Source of the DNA: Haliotis rubra
Lineage: Eukaryota
Assembly: GCF_003918875.1 (NCBI RefSeq)
Contig: NW_025767590.1
Coordinates: 2,108,001-2,172,000 of the forward strand
Direction of reading: 5' to 3'
Length of the DNA: 64,000 nt
Shown in pieces: positions 1 through 12,479 of the stretch; positions within the stretch are counted from its first letter, which is position 1; each line of letters begins with the position of its first letter. The position numbers and the translations under genes are program-made. The notes below the pieces were generated by a model. The model did no database searches and was not told the origin of the DNA. It saw only the letters and a program-made list of their open reading frames with translations.

Positions 1-531
1 CAAACTTGCACCCACGTCGGGACTGTGTCAAATATGGAAACTAGGAAATCATGGTGTACAGGAAGGATTTAAAAATGAGGTGACTATGCCATATTGCTTT
101 GCCCATAATATATCTAAGACAATTCCCTCTTCACTTTCCACATTTGTAAATTGGTAACCTGTATCAGCCTTCTGTTAGGATAGTATAAATAAATCTTCCT
201 CAATTAGTCAGATTGTTGTGTGATCCATTTTCATTGTTACGGGTGAATTGGTGTCATATACCCCTTTATCATACCTTCACTCGTAACAATATCTTCTTGG
301 CAGTCGTCGTCCTGCCTCTGGGGACTTCAAGGTCCTCTTCGGCATCCTGGGTCCTAAAAGTAAATGTGATAAAAAGTTCATATCATTGATACTATGCACA
401 CAGATTAGAATGAGAAAAGCATATGATGGGTCGTCATATACAAGTTGTTAGTGAAAAACAAGTTGTAACTGAACACGAAACATTATTGTGAACAATTATG
501 TTTTCTTCAAAACATTGTTTGGAAACCTTAC

Positions 532-624
532 CTGTATGGTCCTCTGTCGGCTTCATGGCAGTCGTCCTGCCTCCAGAAAAGTTCTTGGTCCACTTCTGCC
601 CCAGCCGAATGGCGCCCTGGAGTC
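532..624 (-). CDS. Candidate repeat exon (93 nt, phase 1-1)
   Basis: cttttag|...ACA G|gtaagg; reads LQGAIRLGQKWTKNFSGGRTTAMKPTEDHT. Confidence 0.4.
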
Positions 625-682
625 CTAAAAGTAAAAGGTAAAACGTAGTGCACTTCACTGACCCTTACGACACAGATTAGGA

Positions 683-1680
683 CTGACGGAAGTTTATGAT
701 GGGTCAAAAACAACTTGTCACCTCAAAAACAATTTGTTACTCTACACGAAACATTATCGTGAACAACTAAAAGTAAGGTAAAACATGTTAGACATTATTG
801 ATACTTACTACACATATTACGAATGCCGAAAAGGATACGATGGGACGTAAACAACTGAACAAAGAAACCTGAGTAATAAACGTGAATATCGAATTGAAAT
901 ATTGCAATACTTTACCAACATGTGGTTCCATTCGGCTAGTACACTGCCCCTACAAGTGGCCAGAAGGTTGTTCTGTCTCGGAACTACCTACTGAAGGAAT
1001 AAATGGTGGATAAGCACTAAGTTATGCCATCTGTATGATAGCATCATGCAGAGCATGCATGAGGGGCCCCTATCTATCCTATCACCTAAACTCTACCAGT
1101 CAAAGTGCAGTCAGCATTTGGCCTACCGGGGAATGCTGAGAAAGACTGGGAGCCACAGAGTGTAGCGACCCTAACTAACTCGGCTGTGGAGGCACCAGCT
1201 ATCATGACGGACAGTCATGCCCTAGCACCTAACCTGCCCCAGAGTGCAGTCGGCGGGGATCTAAGTGGGAGCCGAGAGACTTTGGAGCCACCATTAGACA
1301 CAAACTCATCCCATCGGTCTCCCGGAAAAGCAGTGTACTGAAGTCCATGAAGAAGGTGGTCTGAGGGACGCAACACCAAAATGCAGAATGTTCCAGGGTT
1401 CCTGCATCTGAAAGAAATGAGTCAAGGATAAGCATCATGAATCACACTTTTCACTTATGTCAACTGTTTAAATACTGTGAGTAAGCTGGTTGTACGCCGC
1501 TTTTGTGTCAGGCTAATGGTAGATTAACCGTTTATTGTATATATGCCTTCATCTCTTCGTACAGTTTGAGTGTTACAAACGTATAGTACGGCACAAAATA
1601 ACAGTGAGCACAAACAATTATTTGTACAATGTGCACCAACATGAGCGAAATATTATTTGGTATATTATGCGTAGTATCCA
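683..1680. repeat. Local segmental duplication, copy A (copy B ~3540-4510)
   Basis: Near-identical ~1 kb blocks about 2.85 kb apart, e.g. GCCATCTGTATGATAGCATCATGCAG...GAGTCAAGGATAAG in both. Confidence 0.9.
1234..1407 (-). CDS. Candidate non-repeat exon (174 nt, phase 1-1) in the duplicated block; paralogous copy 4091-4265 has a 1-nt indel
   Basis: ctcatttctttcag|ATGCAGG...GGGGCAG|gttagg; open frame AGTLEHSAFWCCVPQTT...RRLHSGA (ORF 1229..1438). Confidence 0.3.
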
Positions 1681-2487
1681 TCAGGTTATATTTAGTGGAA
1701 AGAACAGAGAGATTTACATTTTCTGCTGTTTCAGTTCATGTAAACTGTTTAAATGTTTATGGTAAAACATGAAGGAAATCAACAACATTTCTATACACAT
1801 TTATTTACAATCTACATTTCATTCAGAACATCAGGTATAATCACTGTGGTGAATTAAGCATGACTAATTTTCCTTCAAATAATTGTTTGAAAAGCTTACT
1901 TGAGTGGTCCTCTGTCGGCTTTTGGCAGTCGTCCTGCCTCTGGGGGACTTCAATGTCCACTTCTGCTCCCCAGGCTGATGGCGTCCTGTGATAGATAGTT
2001 CATATAATTGATACTATGCACACAGATTAGAATGAGAAAGCATATGATGGGTCGTCATATACACAAGTTGTTAGTAAAAAACAAGTTGTAACTGTACACG
2101 AAACATTATCGTGAACAAGTATATCTTCCTTAAAGAGATTGTTTGAAATGCTTACCTGCATGGTCCTCTGTCGGCTTCTTTGCAGTCGTCCTGCCTCCAG
2201 AAAAGTTCTTGGTCCACTTCTGCCCGGGGGATGTCTTCTTGGCAGTCGTCCTGCCTCTGGGGGACTTCAAGGTCCACTTCTGCCCCAGGCCGATGGCATC
2301 CTGGGTCCTAAAAGTAAATGTGATAGATAGTTCATATAATTGATACTATGCACACACAGATTAGAATGAGAAAAGCATATGATGGGTCGTCATATACAAG
2401 TTGTTAGTGAAAAACAAGTTGTAACTGAACACGAAACATTAGCGTGAACAACTATGTTTTCTTCTAAAGATTGTTTGGAAACCTTAC

Positions 2488-2580
2488 CTGCATGGTCCTC
2501 TGTCGGCTTCATGGCAGTCGTCCTGCCTCCAGGAAAGTTCTTGGTCCACTTCTGCCTCCAGGCCGATGGCGCCCTGGGTC
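2488..2580 (-). CDS. Candidate repeat exon (93 nt, phase 1-1)
   Basis: ttactttcag|GA CCC AGG...CAT GCA G|gtaagg; reads PRAPSAWRQKWTKNFPGGRTTAMKPTEDHA. Confidence 0.45.
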
Positions 2581-3335
2581 CTGAAAGTAAAGGTAAAAAA
2601 TTGTGCACTTCACTGATACTTACCACACAGATTAGGAATGACGAAAGTTTATGATGGGTCTAAAACAACCTGTCACCTGAAAAAAAGTCGTAACTGTACA
2701 TTAAACATTATTGTGAACAACTTTGTTTTCCTTCAAAACATTGTTTGAAAAGCTTACCTGTATGGTCCTCTGTCGGCTTCTTGGCAGTCGTCCTGCCCCA
2801 GGAAAGTTCTTGGTCCACTTCTGCCCATGGATGTCTTCTTGGCAGCCGTCCTGCCTCTGGGGACTTCAAGGTCCTTCTTCTCCCCGGCCGATGGCATCCT
2901 TGGTCCTAAAAGTAAATGTGATAGATAGTTCATATAATTGATACTACACACACAGATTAGAATGAGAAAAGCATGTAATAAGTCGTCAAGAACTAGTTGT
3001 TAGTAAAAACAAGTTGTAACTGAACATGAAACATTATTGTGAACGCAATTATGTTTACCAAAAACATTGTTTGGTTCCTTTCGGCTATGTACTCTGCCGG
3101 CTTCAAGTGGCCAGAAAGGTTTGGTCCACTTGCCTCCAGGCTATGGCGCCTACTGGTCCGGAAAGTAAATGTTAAAAAGTGTGCACTTCACTGATACTTA
3201 CCACACAGATTAGGTATGACGGAAGGTTATGATGGGTCCAAAACAACTTGTCACCTGAAAAACAAGTTGTAACTGTACACGAAACATTATCGTGAACAAG
3301 TATATCTTCCTTAAGAGATTGTTTGAAATGCTTAC

Positions 3336-3488
3336 CTGCATGGTCGTCTGTCGGCTTCTTGGCAGTCGTCCTGCCTCCAGAAAAGTTCTTGGTCCACTTC
3401 TGCCCATGGATGTCTTCTTGGCAGTCGTCCTGCCTCTGAGGGACTTCTGATGTCCTCTTCTGCCTACTAGCCGATGGCATCCTGGGTT
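3336..3488 (-). CDS. Candidate repeat exon (153 nt, phase 1-1), basic T/P-rich peptide
   Basis: Acceptor ttttag| and donor CAG|gtaagc; open frame PRMPSASRQKRTSEVPQRQDDCQEDIHGQKWTKNFSGGRTTAKKPTDDHA (within ORF 3172..3480). Confidence 0.45.
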
Positions 3489-5119
3489 CTAAAAGTAAAT
3501 GTGATACCTAGTTCATATAATTGATAGTACAACACAGATTAGCGACGAAAGTTTATGATTGGTCAAAACAACTTGTCACCTCAAAACAATTTGTTACCAT
3601 ACACGAAACATTATCGTGAACAACTAAAAGTAAGGTAAACATGTTAGACATTATTGATACTTACTACACATATTATGAATGCCGAAAGGTTATGATGGGA
3701 CGTAAACAACAAAAGAAGAAACCTGAGTAATAAACCTGAATATCGAATTGAAATATTGCAATACTTTACCAACATGTGGTTCCATTCGGCTAGTACACTG
3801 CCCCCACAAGTGGCCAGAAGGGATTTGTTCTGTCTCGGAACTACCTACTGAAGGAATAAATGGTGGGTAAGCACTAAGTTATGCCATCTGTATGATAGCA
3901 TCATGCAGGGCATGCATGAGGGGCCCCTATCTATCCTATCACCTAAACTCTACCAGTCAAGTGCAGTCAGCATTTGGCCTACCGGGGAATGCTGAGAAAG
4001 ACTGGGAGCCACAGAGTGTAGCGACCCTAACTAACTCAGCTGTGGAGGCACCAGCTATCATGACGGGACAGTCATGCCCTAGCACCTAACCTGCCCCAGA
4101 GTGCAGTCGGCGGGGATCTAAGTGGGAGCCGAGAGACTTTGGAGCCACCATTAGACAAAAACTCATCCCATCGGTCTCCCGGAAAAGCAGTGTACTGAAG
4201 TCCATGAAGAAAGGGGGTCGGAGGGACGCAACACCAAAATCCAGAATGTACCAGGGTTCCTGCATCTGAAAGAAATGAGTCAAGGATAAGTATCGTATGT
4301 AGAATTGTTTACATACTGAGAGTACGACAGGTTCTACGCCGCTTCTGCGGCAGGGTATTGCCCGTATATTGTACACATGCCTCCACCTCTTCGTACAGTT
4401 TGAATACCGCAAATGTATAGGACAGCACAAAATTACAGTGCTCACAAACAATTATTTGTATCATGTGCAGCCACATGAGCGAAATATTATTCGACGCATT
4501 GTGTTTAGTACCGCATGGCGTGAAGGAGCCTTTATGCTTGGCGGATAAGGAGACGATGACTTATTTCAATATTATTGTAGGATATTTATATAGCGCAGAT
4601 ATCCATGTGTCTAGTACAAGCTCAAGGCGCTGACATTTACAGTGTCTGCTGTGTTTCTCAATATGTGATTATAAAATGGAGTACATGAAAATGTTTTGTA
4701 AATAGGCTATTGCAGGAAACATCAATACATGTATTTCTATACACATTTTCTTGCAGATCTTTCATAATCATTGGAAGTAATCATCACCTATATTTGTGTC
4801 ACCATTCTCGTTACCCGAACTATTAGCTTACAAAATAAATCCTCTTTTGCAAAGGGTTTAAGTCGAATAAACTTACAGAGGTATAAACTTACAGAGGTAT
4901 GCATGAACACAATTCATTGAACAAGAAACAATACTAAACTTCAAGTATGGAACAAAAATTGTGACTTATAATTAGTCAAAGTATGGGGTTAACATTATGT
5001 ATTCATTCTGTCACAACTGATGTTTGTTTCAAGATAACCTGATCGTGGTTACTGTAAATACTGATGATTTGGGGCGATCTGCCAAATAATTAACACACGA
5101 TGGAAAGATTTCCGCTTGT

Positions 5120-5320
5120 AACCCCCGTATATTTTAATCATTATATGCCTAAGAATATACGCCTATGTTTTCTTATAAACAGCCTGTACCTAAACCCTAA
5201 CCCTAAACCTAAACCTAACCTAAAATCTAACCCAAACCTAACCCGAAACCCTCGAAATAATTCTAATAAATAGAATACATTTCAAGCGGAGGTTACGGGC
5301 GGAACTCTACCATATACGCT
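5120..5320. mobile_element. Interspersed repeat remnant with (CCTAAC/CCTAAA)n tract
   Basis: Degenerate telomere-like hexamers at 5188-5250; similar tracts near 38160-38205 and 35500-35620. Family not assigned. Confidence 0.35.
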
Positions 5321-6454
5321 GGGGTAAAAGATGTGCATAATACACAAGAAATCATAGGGAACAAGCATATTTTCAATGTTTTCGAGGATGGAAAAGCTTG
5401 CCTGACACGGGATGTGTCGGATCCTTGGCAGTCGTCCTAACTTCAAGGTCCTCTTCTGTCCCATGACGTCTTCTTTGCAGGCCCGCGAGTCCGGAGGTCT
5501 TCTTGGCGTTCCCTCGCCACGGGATCCTTCGTGTAGTTCTTTGCCCCACCTAGTGAGCATACAGTCCACTACATCTCCAGGTGACGATGGCGGTCTGGAT
5601 CCTAAAAGTAAAGGTAAAGAATATTTGACATAATTGATACTTACTACACAGATTATGAATGCGAAAAGCAAGTGCTGGGTCAAACGTAACCCGTCTCCAC
5701 TCCACTCCCCTCCTTACCCCTCGTTGGTTGCTCCGTAATGCAAAACCTGGTTGAAAAGGACGTACAGTGTATATGGTATGTGTCGGACTCCGTGCACAGA
5801 TCCCAAGCGGGGTTCGTTCGCTCGCTTACGACAAAGCGTGCTGCTGGAGAAGACAAAGGGCAAACCAGACAACTTACATAACATAACCCCAGTCCCCAAA
5901 CCCGAGATAAAAGAACAGAAATAACCGAAACCACCTCAGTGACATGCGTTTAAACAAAGAAAGATTCCCGATTTAAATGTGCCGAGCCAGATGTGACAAT
6001 AATTTCCTTTACATTAATTACTGGTTTGTTTGTGAATTTCATGATGTAAATATATTTGGTTGCACATAACAAACAGCTGATAAGATACAGGTGTCGTTCT
6101 AAAATTACAAGTTAGAGCAATAGTGGCACAGATGTATTGCTAATTGAATGCAAAAAAATACACCCAAAAATCAAACACAATTTAATTCAAAATTCATCCA
6201 TGGGTGGGAAAATGTAATATTGTATGTGTCGCACAATGTAGGCATTCAGACAAATGAGTGAGTGCGATTTTATGCCGCTTGTAACAGTTTGTCAGCTGTT
6301 TAATGCCATCTCACTGACTGATGTATGTATGTTCGAGGCTGGTGTTAAGGGTTTATCATTCGTTCCAAAACCGCTATTTTAGATTTGCTACCAGGTAGTT
6401 TTAGTTTCAGTACAAACAATGTAACAGTAATTAGGTGTAAATAATAGCAACGAA

Positions 6455-6689
6455 TGAGTGGGTGAATATGGTTTTACGCCGCTTTTAGCAATATTCCAGC
6501 AACATCACGGCGGGGAACACCAGACTGACTGACTGATTTTGGTTTTACGCCGCTTTTAGCAATATTCCAGCAACATCACGGCGGGGGACACCAGAAATGG
6601 GCTTCACACATTGTACCAATGTGGGGAATCCGACCCGGGCCTTCGGCGTGACGAGTGAACGCTTTAACCACTGGGCTACCCACCGCCCC
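6455..6689 (-). mobile_element. tRNA-head SINE family A with a tandem extra 3' part
   Basis: Reverse complement of GGGGCGGTGGGTAGCCCAGTGGTTAAAGCG...GGCGTAAAACC plus microsatellite tail; flanked by taatag(c/t)aacgaa direct repeat. Confidence 0.85.
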
Positions 6690-6887
6690 TAATAGTAACG
6701 AAGCTGCAATACAAGAACCATCGATTACAAACAAACTGGTAACATTTAAGGAAGCAGTGCAGCAATCGTATGTAAATAATGCCACTGCTAGCTAAGGGCA
6801 GTAAAGCCCATCAATAAATCGTGGCTTGGTAAAGAATGTTAGGAAAGATCAGACCAATTGTTAAGGTGGTAGTAACAGGCATCTAAC

Positions 6888-7285
6888 CGCCACCACTATA
6901 TAGGACACCACCACCACTATATAGGACACCACCACCACACCACACTACCCGCCAGCACTGAGACACCACCACTACTATACCGCACCACTTGGGACACCAC
7001 CCCACCCTGAGACACCACCACCACTATATGGGACACCACCACCACCACCCACTACAAGAGACCCTACCACCACCGCACCACTACCTGAGACACCACCACC
7101 ACTATATGGGACACCACCACCACTATATGGGACAGTACCTGAGACACCACCACCACTACCCTAGTACCACCACCACTACCTGAGACACCCCTATCCCACC
7201 ACCACTTTTGGGACACCACCACCACTATATGACACCACCACCACCACTACAAGCCACCACCGCACCACTACCCACCACCACCACA
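6888..7285. repeat. CAC-rich minisatellite (GACACCACCACCACTATATGG-like)
   Basis: Visible tandem degenerate units. Confidence 0.9.
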
Positions 7286-7439
7286 GTCCATAGAGTTCAG
7301 GAGAGCTCTACTATCACAACTATCCCTCCACAATACACCGACACCGACACCGACATCGACACCACACGAGACCCCACCACCCTACTCAGTTCACAATACA
7401 GTAAAAGCTTAACTTAAACATGCTCATTCTGTCGACCGT

Positions 7440-7625
7440 TAGAGGCGACTAACGGGATCGGGTGGTCAGGCTCGCTGACTTGGTTGACACATGTCATCGT
7501 ATCCCAATTGCGTAGATCGATGCTCATGCTGTTAATCACTGGACTGTCTGGACCAGACTCGAGTATTTACATATATATCGCTGGAATATTGCAAAGTGCG
7601 GCTTAAAACTAAACTCACTCACTCA
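7440..7625 (+). mobile_element. SINE family B (no tRNA head), 5'-truncated
   Basis: AGAGGCGACTAACGGGATCGGGTGGTCAGGCTCGCTGAC...GGAATATTGC...AAACTCACTCACTCA. Confidence 0.85.
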
Positions 7626-9268
7626 TTCTCTCGAGAATGTAACATGGTACAAATACTTCAGCTGTCAATGTCAATAAAGTTAAACTAACTTTCCACAATT
7701 TCAGATTTTTACTTAAATTCCACTACTTCAAATACCACAGTTCATACTTCAGTCTTAAGTCAATGGACTCAATGACACACATTTAAACAATGAAGCAAAA
7801 CCTTAACACTGTCTTACTCAATCTCCCCAGAATCTAACATACTACAAACTTGCACTGAGACTTGTAACTCTAACTGTAGAGAAACTTCAATCAAATCCAA
7901 ACACAATACAACTGCCTTCCTCAGTTTTACATTTTTACTTTAAATGTCACCACTTCAAAGCTCTTTGTAGTGTTCATAGTTTGAACTACCGGAAAAAAAC
8001 TCAAACTTTCATGGAATATTTCTGAAATATTAACTGGAGCTTTCCACTCAAAAATGTAACAAACAGTTCTGAACCTCATCAAAAATATGGGTTTTCCAAA
8101 TCACTGGCTGTGTTTTCGACAAGCTTTTAGCACCCCTGCTTCTGAGTAAACTGGAAACTTGTGTCCAGACATCAGACTAAAACTTCTCGGGCTGGTTCTC
8201 AAACCCCCTTCCGCGAAATTCATGACTACTTTGAGTATATTGGCGAGGTGGCGCGTTTCAATGTTTCTGATTGGCTACGGTCCCTAGCATGGTCGGGTCT
8301 TACCCCATCATATTTGGCGTAATGTAATATCTAAGGCAGAAAAGTATAGCTAAGAAGATGTGCTATCGGTGCGGTTTCGTATTCTTAATAGGGCCAAAAA
8401 TATTATGGACGGACAAAATGTTTTAGATCAAATATCGGTGTTAGAATACCATCACTGTTACCTTCTACTGGATGAGGTTCTGCGCATTATCGTTTCGATA
8501 GATTGGTGAATGACCTATAGTGATTCATACAGTATGCTATGCTGTATTTCAAATATGTCTTGAAGAAATTTATGCAAACAATGTAACTTTAAATGTATTG
8601 TAAAATGTTCCAGGACAGTATAGTATGACTTCAAGTAGTTTTCCCTTGGCCTTTCATACAATAAATCTTTGGATTAAGTGAATGTGTGGATACAAGGGTT
8701 TCTTTAACACGGGCGGTGGGGGTGTGTGTGTGTGTGTGTGTGTATGTGCGTGCGTGCGTTGGGGGAGGAGGTGGGGGTGTTTAACAGATTGTATACAAGG
8801 ACATATCTGAAAATATAGAAAGATGTAGAGAATTCACTCATAAAACAATTTGAGATTGTAGGATTCATTTTAGTCAAATAATTGTTCTATTTGTTGCAAA
8901 ACCATTCAGGCATATTAAACCCTTCCCTGTATCAAAACTGCATGGGAACAAGTTATTTAAATAGACGATTGACAGTGCCATGAAAACATTGCTTACAGAG
9001 GTCGGATACAAAAAACATATTGCCCACGCAAGTGCCAGCTACGTGTTTGAATTTCTATAACTGTGTATTAAATGGTCTTTTGTATGTCGCGTTCACGACA
9101 CAGAATAATAGTGCTATACCATGTTATACCGTATGCTGGGGACATGAGCCATTCATCCATGTCCATTTGTGTTATAACAGATATCTCATACACAGGCTAA
9201 CGGCCATTCAGAGCGCTCCTTGCGACCATAGGAGGGAATGGCCGAGTAGCTAGCCGTTTAGGAGCGGA

Positions 9269-9428
9269 TGAGTGAGTATGGTTTTACGCCGCTGTTACCA
9301 ATATTCCAGCATTATCACGAAAAGAGAAAACAGAAATGGGCTTCACATATTGTACCCATGTGGCGAATCGAACCCGGGTTTTAATCGGGACGAGCAAACG
9401 CTTTAACCACACGGCTACCTCACCGCCT
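9269..9428 (-). mobile_element. SINE family A
   Basis: Same consensus as 10311-10479 in reverse orientation. Confidence 0.8.
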
Positions 9429-10147
9429 AATATTTATCCAGATCTGTTTACAATTAGTCGCTTGCTTAAATACATGATGTCGATGTTTATATTTAGAGCC
9501 CCAACCAAGAATATGTATCTTTTATCCTATAGTTTTGTCTATCTCATCAAAGGTTTTTCTTTTGGCTTTAACTATAAGTGAGTGAGTGGGTCTTGGGTGA
9601 GTACCCATGTGGGAATCGTTCTACACATACGGTGCAAAAGGTCGTTCTGTAACCATGTGGGAATCGACTTTAACTATAACATACGGTGCAAAAGGTAACA
9701 TTCTGTAACACAACATTATACATGTCATTTCCTTAGCTTTTCTGGAATATTCCAGAATTTGAAAAACTTTAATAGTAAATTCCACACCTTACCATCAAGA
9801 CTGTTAGGCGTCTTAACTCATACTTCGAGTATGATAAAAATGCAAAACATTGCGAAAAACGGACCCCATGAGTTGACAACTACGACTTACAATCAATACA
9901 CCAAAGTGGCTGAGTAATCATAATAAACAGAATTTTCAATATGGCTGCCATGGAGGCCATATTGAAAGTCAGATATGAACCTCTTGAACAACTTTAGGTT
10001 TGATCATTGGTGACGTTTCAACAGAGAGTAAAGCGGCCATGACATCAGTTCAAGTACCGGGATGGTATGGATCGTTGTTCACGATTTCAGTCACTGGTGA
10101 CTAAAGGCCCAGAGGATTAGTTACAGGCCGTCGTAATATAGCTAACT

Positions 10148-10620
10148 TTTAAGTGATTCCTCCCACATATTACACTCTGAGTATAAACTTTTACCATCTG
10201 GCCGACGTTATCAGCTTAAAAAAACTAAAATCAAAAAGGGCTTTAAAATCTTTTATTCCATCAAGTATAGGGTTTTTAAATAATTAGGCAGAATGTTTCT
10301 TCTCCTCTAAGGGGCGGTGGGGTAGCCTAGTGGTTAAAGCGTTGGCTCGACACCGAGCCAAAGACCCGGGTTCGAATCCCCACATGGGTATAATGTGTGA
10401 AGCCCATATTTGGTGTCCCCCGACGTGATGTTGCTGGAATATTGCTTAAAGCGGCGTAAAACCAAACTCAGTCAGTCAGTCTTCTCCTCTAACATGGTAT
10501 TGCTTATTTATCTATTCATGTATCTGTTGATATTTACCTTTGATACATGTGAGCTGTGTCAGGATGTACAGCGAATTCCCGTCAAGGGTAATAGTGTTTT
10601 GTCTTTGTCTTGTCTTGAAT
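10148..10620 (+). mobile_element. 3' fragment of a Rex-Babar-like non-LTR retrotransposon, interrupted by a SINE
   Basis: Conceptual translation SHILHSEYKLLPSGRRY...SFIPSSIGFLN resembles the C-terminal LLPSGRRY...SFIP motif of Rex1/Babar ORF2 (from recall); ends in a (TCTTG)n tail. Confidence 0.6.
10311..10479 (+). mobile_element. SINE family A, full length
   Basis: Pol III A box (TAGCCTAGTGG) and B box (GGTTCGAATCC), (CAGT)n tail, TSD tcttctcctctaa. Confidence 0.9.
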
Positions 10621-10729
10621 ATTAGTCACACGTAAATAGACCGACTCTGTGTTGTGTTGATAAAACGTCCGCTCGGTGAGAATATGGTCTGTTGTTCCTT
10701 CCTCGCCTGCATTATACGAAGAAACATTA

Positions 10730-11070
10730 GGTGAGGTGAAATTGGGTTTAACGTCGTGCTTGAGAATATTTCGCTCATATGACGACGTGCATGCGTGTGT
10801 ATGTGTATGTGCGGCTGCTTGTACTAGCCCAGACCGAAGCTGGTTTTATAGTGCTATCCCACTGAGATACCATGCTGCAGTGCCACACTCAGACACATTA
10901 TACTGACTCCGAGCCGACCAGTCCTTGTTGTACCCATTAATGCCGAGCGCCAGGCAGGGACCAACAAGTACCATATTTTAACGTCTTTTGGTATGACAAG
11001 GCCGGGGATCGAACCCGCGACCTTCCGCTCTCCGGGCGGACGCTCTAACCACTACACCACGGAGGCGGTT
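10730..11070 (-). mobile_element. SINE family C (tRNA head, Meta-domain-like body), full length
   Basis: Head GCCTCCGTGGTGTAGTGGTTAGAGCG...GGTTCGATCCC, (CCTCA)n tail, 13-bp TSD cgaagaaacatta. Confidence 0.9.
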
Positions 11071-11462
11071 CGAAGAAACATTAAAAGATGGCACTTGTTG
11101 TTACCATGTTAAAATCATGGACTGCTTGGCAAAAGTCGGTACGCCAAATTCGGTATCGTTATCTCACGGGATAGTGCGTATTAACTATCATGCATGCACT
11201 CACACATACATGATACTATATAATAATAATAATAAAAATAATAATCTTGAAGGCGAAGTGAAAACCTATTTCATTCCAGCTCTGATCAATAAAACATAAG
11301 TAACACTATATGCATTTTAAAGAGTCATGGGTTAAAAGGTTAGCTCCTTCAAACGTTCGAACAACCTTCACCGTCCTTGCCATGTTGAGGCTTCAAGGGC
11401 CTGGAGTATTTTAGCGCTTTATAAATTCACTAATTATTATTATTATCATCTTCATATGCCGT

Positions 11463-11860
11463 TGTCATCGGTTCCCAATTGCGTAGATCGATGCTCATGT
11501 TGTTGATCACTGGATTGTCTCGTCCAGACTCGATTATTTACAGACCGCCGCCATACAGCTGGAATATTGCTGAGTGCGGCGTAAAACTAAACTCACTCAC
11601 TCATATGCCGTTGTCTTACGGCCTCAAATGCAATAAAGTTCTGTTCTGTTCTGACCAGACCCGTGAAGATGCGGATTAGAATAGTCTTCAGCAATTTAAC
11701 CCAAATAAGAGGCGACTAACGGAATCGGGTGGTCAGGTTCGCTGACTTGGCTGAGGCATGTCATCGTATGCAGTTGCCTAGATCGACGCTCATGTTAGTC
11801 ACTGGATTATCTGGTCCATACTCGATTATTTACAGATGTGCTGCGACGGAAACAACCCCA
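11463..11860 (+). mobile_element. Two SINE family B copies (5'-truncated 11463-11602; degenerate 11658-11860)
   Basis: Family B consensus; the first copy is flanked by tcatatgccgttgtc direct repeat. Confidence 0.8.
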
Positions 11861-12479
11861 AATACTTTTGGACCACAGCCAGATACATAGGATTACGATA
11901 AGAAGCGGAACCATACACACGTTTGTGAGTAATGAGTTGTATATTTTCTATAGAAGTAGCTGAAATAAACCTATTGTGGTATGTCGGACCTTATTAATAC
12001 ATTATTCACACAACAGTGGGGTACTAAGCTAATATATAAATGGAAATACTCAACTGTTCATTTGCTTGAGATCAATAGTATCTTATTACCACACAGATGA
12101 CATGGTTCTCAAGGCAAGCTAGCAAGTAATATCGACTTACAAGACCGGTCCTTTAATGAATCAATTGATATAAATAGACAGGATCAGCTCACATTTTCTC
12201 ATTTAATTTCGCATTTGCGTTTCGGAAAATTAGCGACTGTAGCTTGCATACAGAAACACGGTGCTGCGCCTATCACCGGAATGTCCAACCTGACAAGGTA
12301 TACAGATGAGATTGTTAAACATCAACGCCCAAGGAACAACGCATATCAGATACGAAATAAATGACAGATAATGTGATATACCAAGAACGGCTAAGAAATG
12401 GAAAACAACAAAACAACACATTCCCTGTATAGATCTATGCTTAACTGCATTTTTACTCACAAAAACAGATGTCTTCTCA

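Larger units (their letters stand above)
292..5683 (-). repeat. Tandem array of ~250-350 bp exon+intron-like cassettes (about 9 units, some degraded), interrupted by a duplicated block
   Basis: Recurring + strand motifs CTTACCTG(C/T)ATGGTCCTCTGTCGGCTTC...GGTCCTAAAAGTAAA near 530-630, 2150-2315, 2485-2590, 2755-2915, 3330-3495, a divergent copy at 5400-5610, and partial copies near 295-360, 1895-1990, 3070-3170. On the - strand they read tttacttttag|exon|gtaag. Confidence 0.85.

Noticed and set aside
5188-5250. Interstitial telomere or chromosome fusion site
   Set aside because: Short, degenerate CCTAAC/CCTAAA tract typical of interspersed repeats.
10311-10385. Additional tRNA genes (also at 50699, 60293, 62901 and SINE C heads)
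   Set aside because: They are SINE heads with A/B boxes but no proper cloverleaf, followed by conserved SINE bodies and tails.
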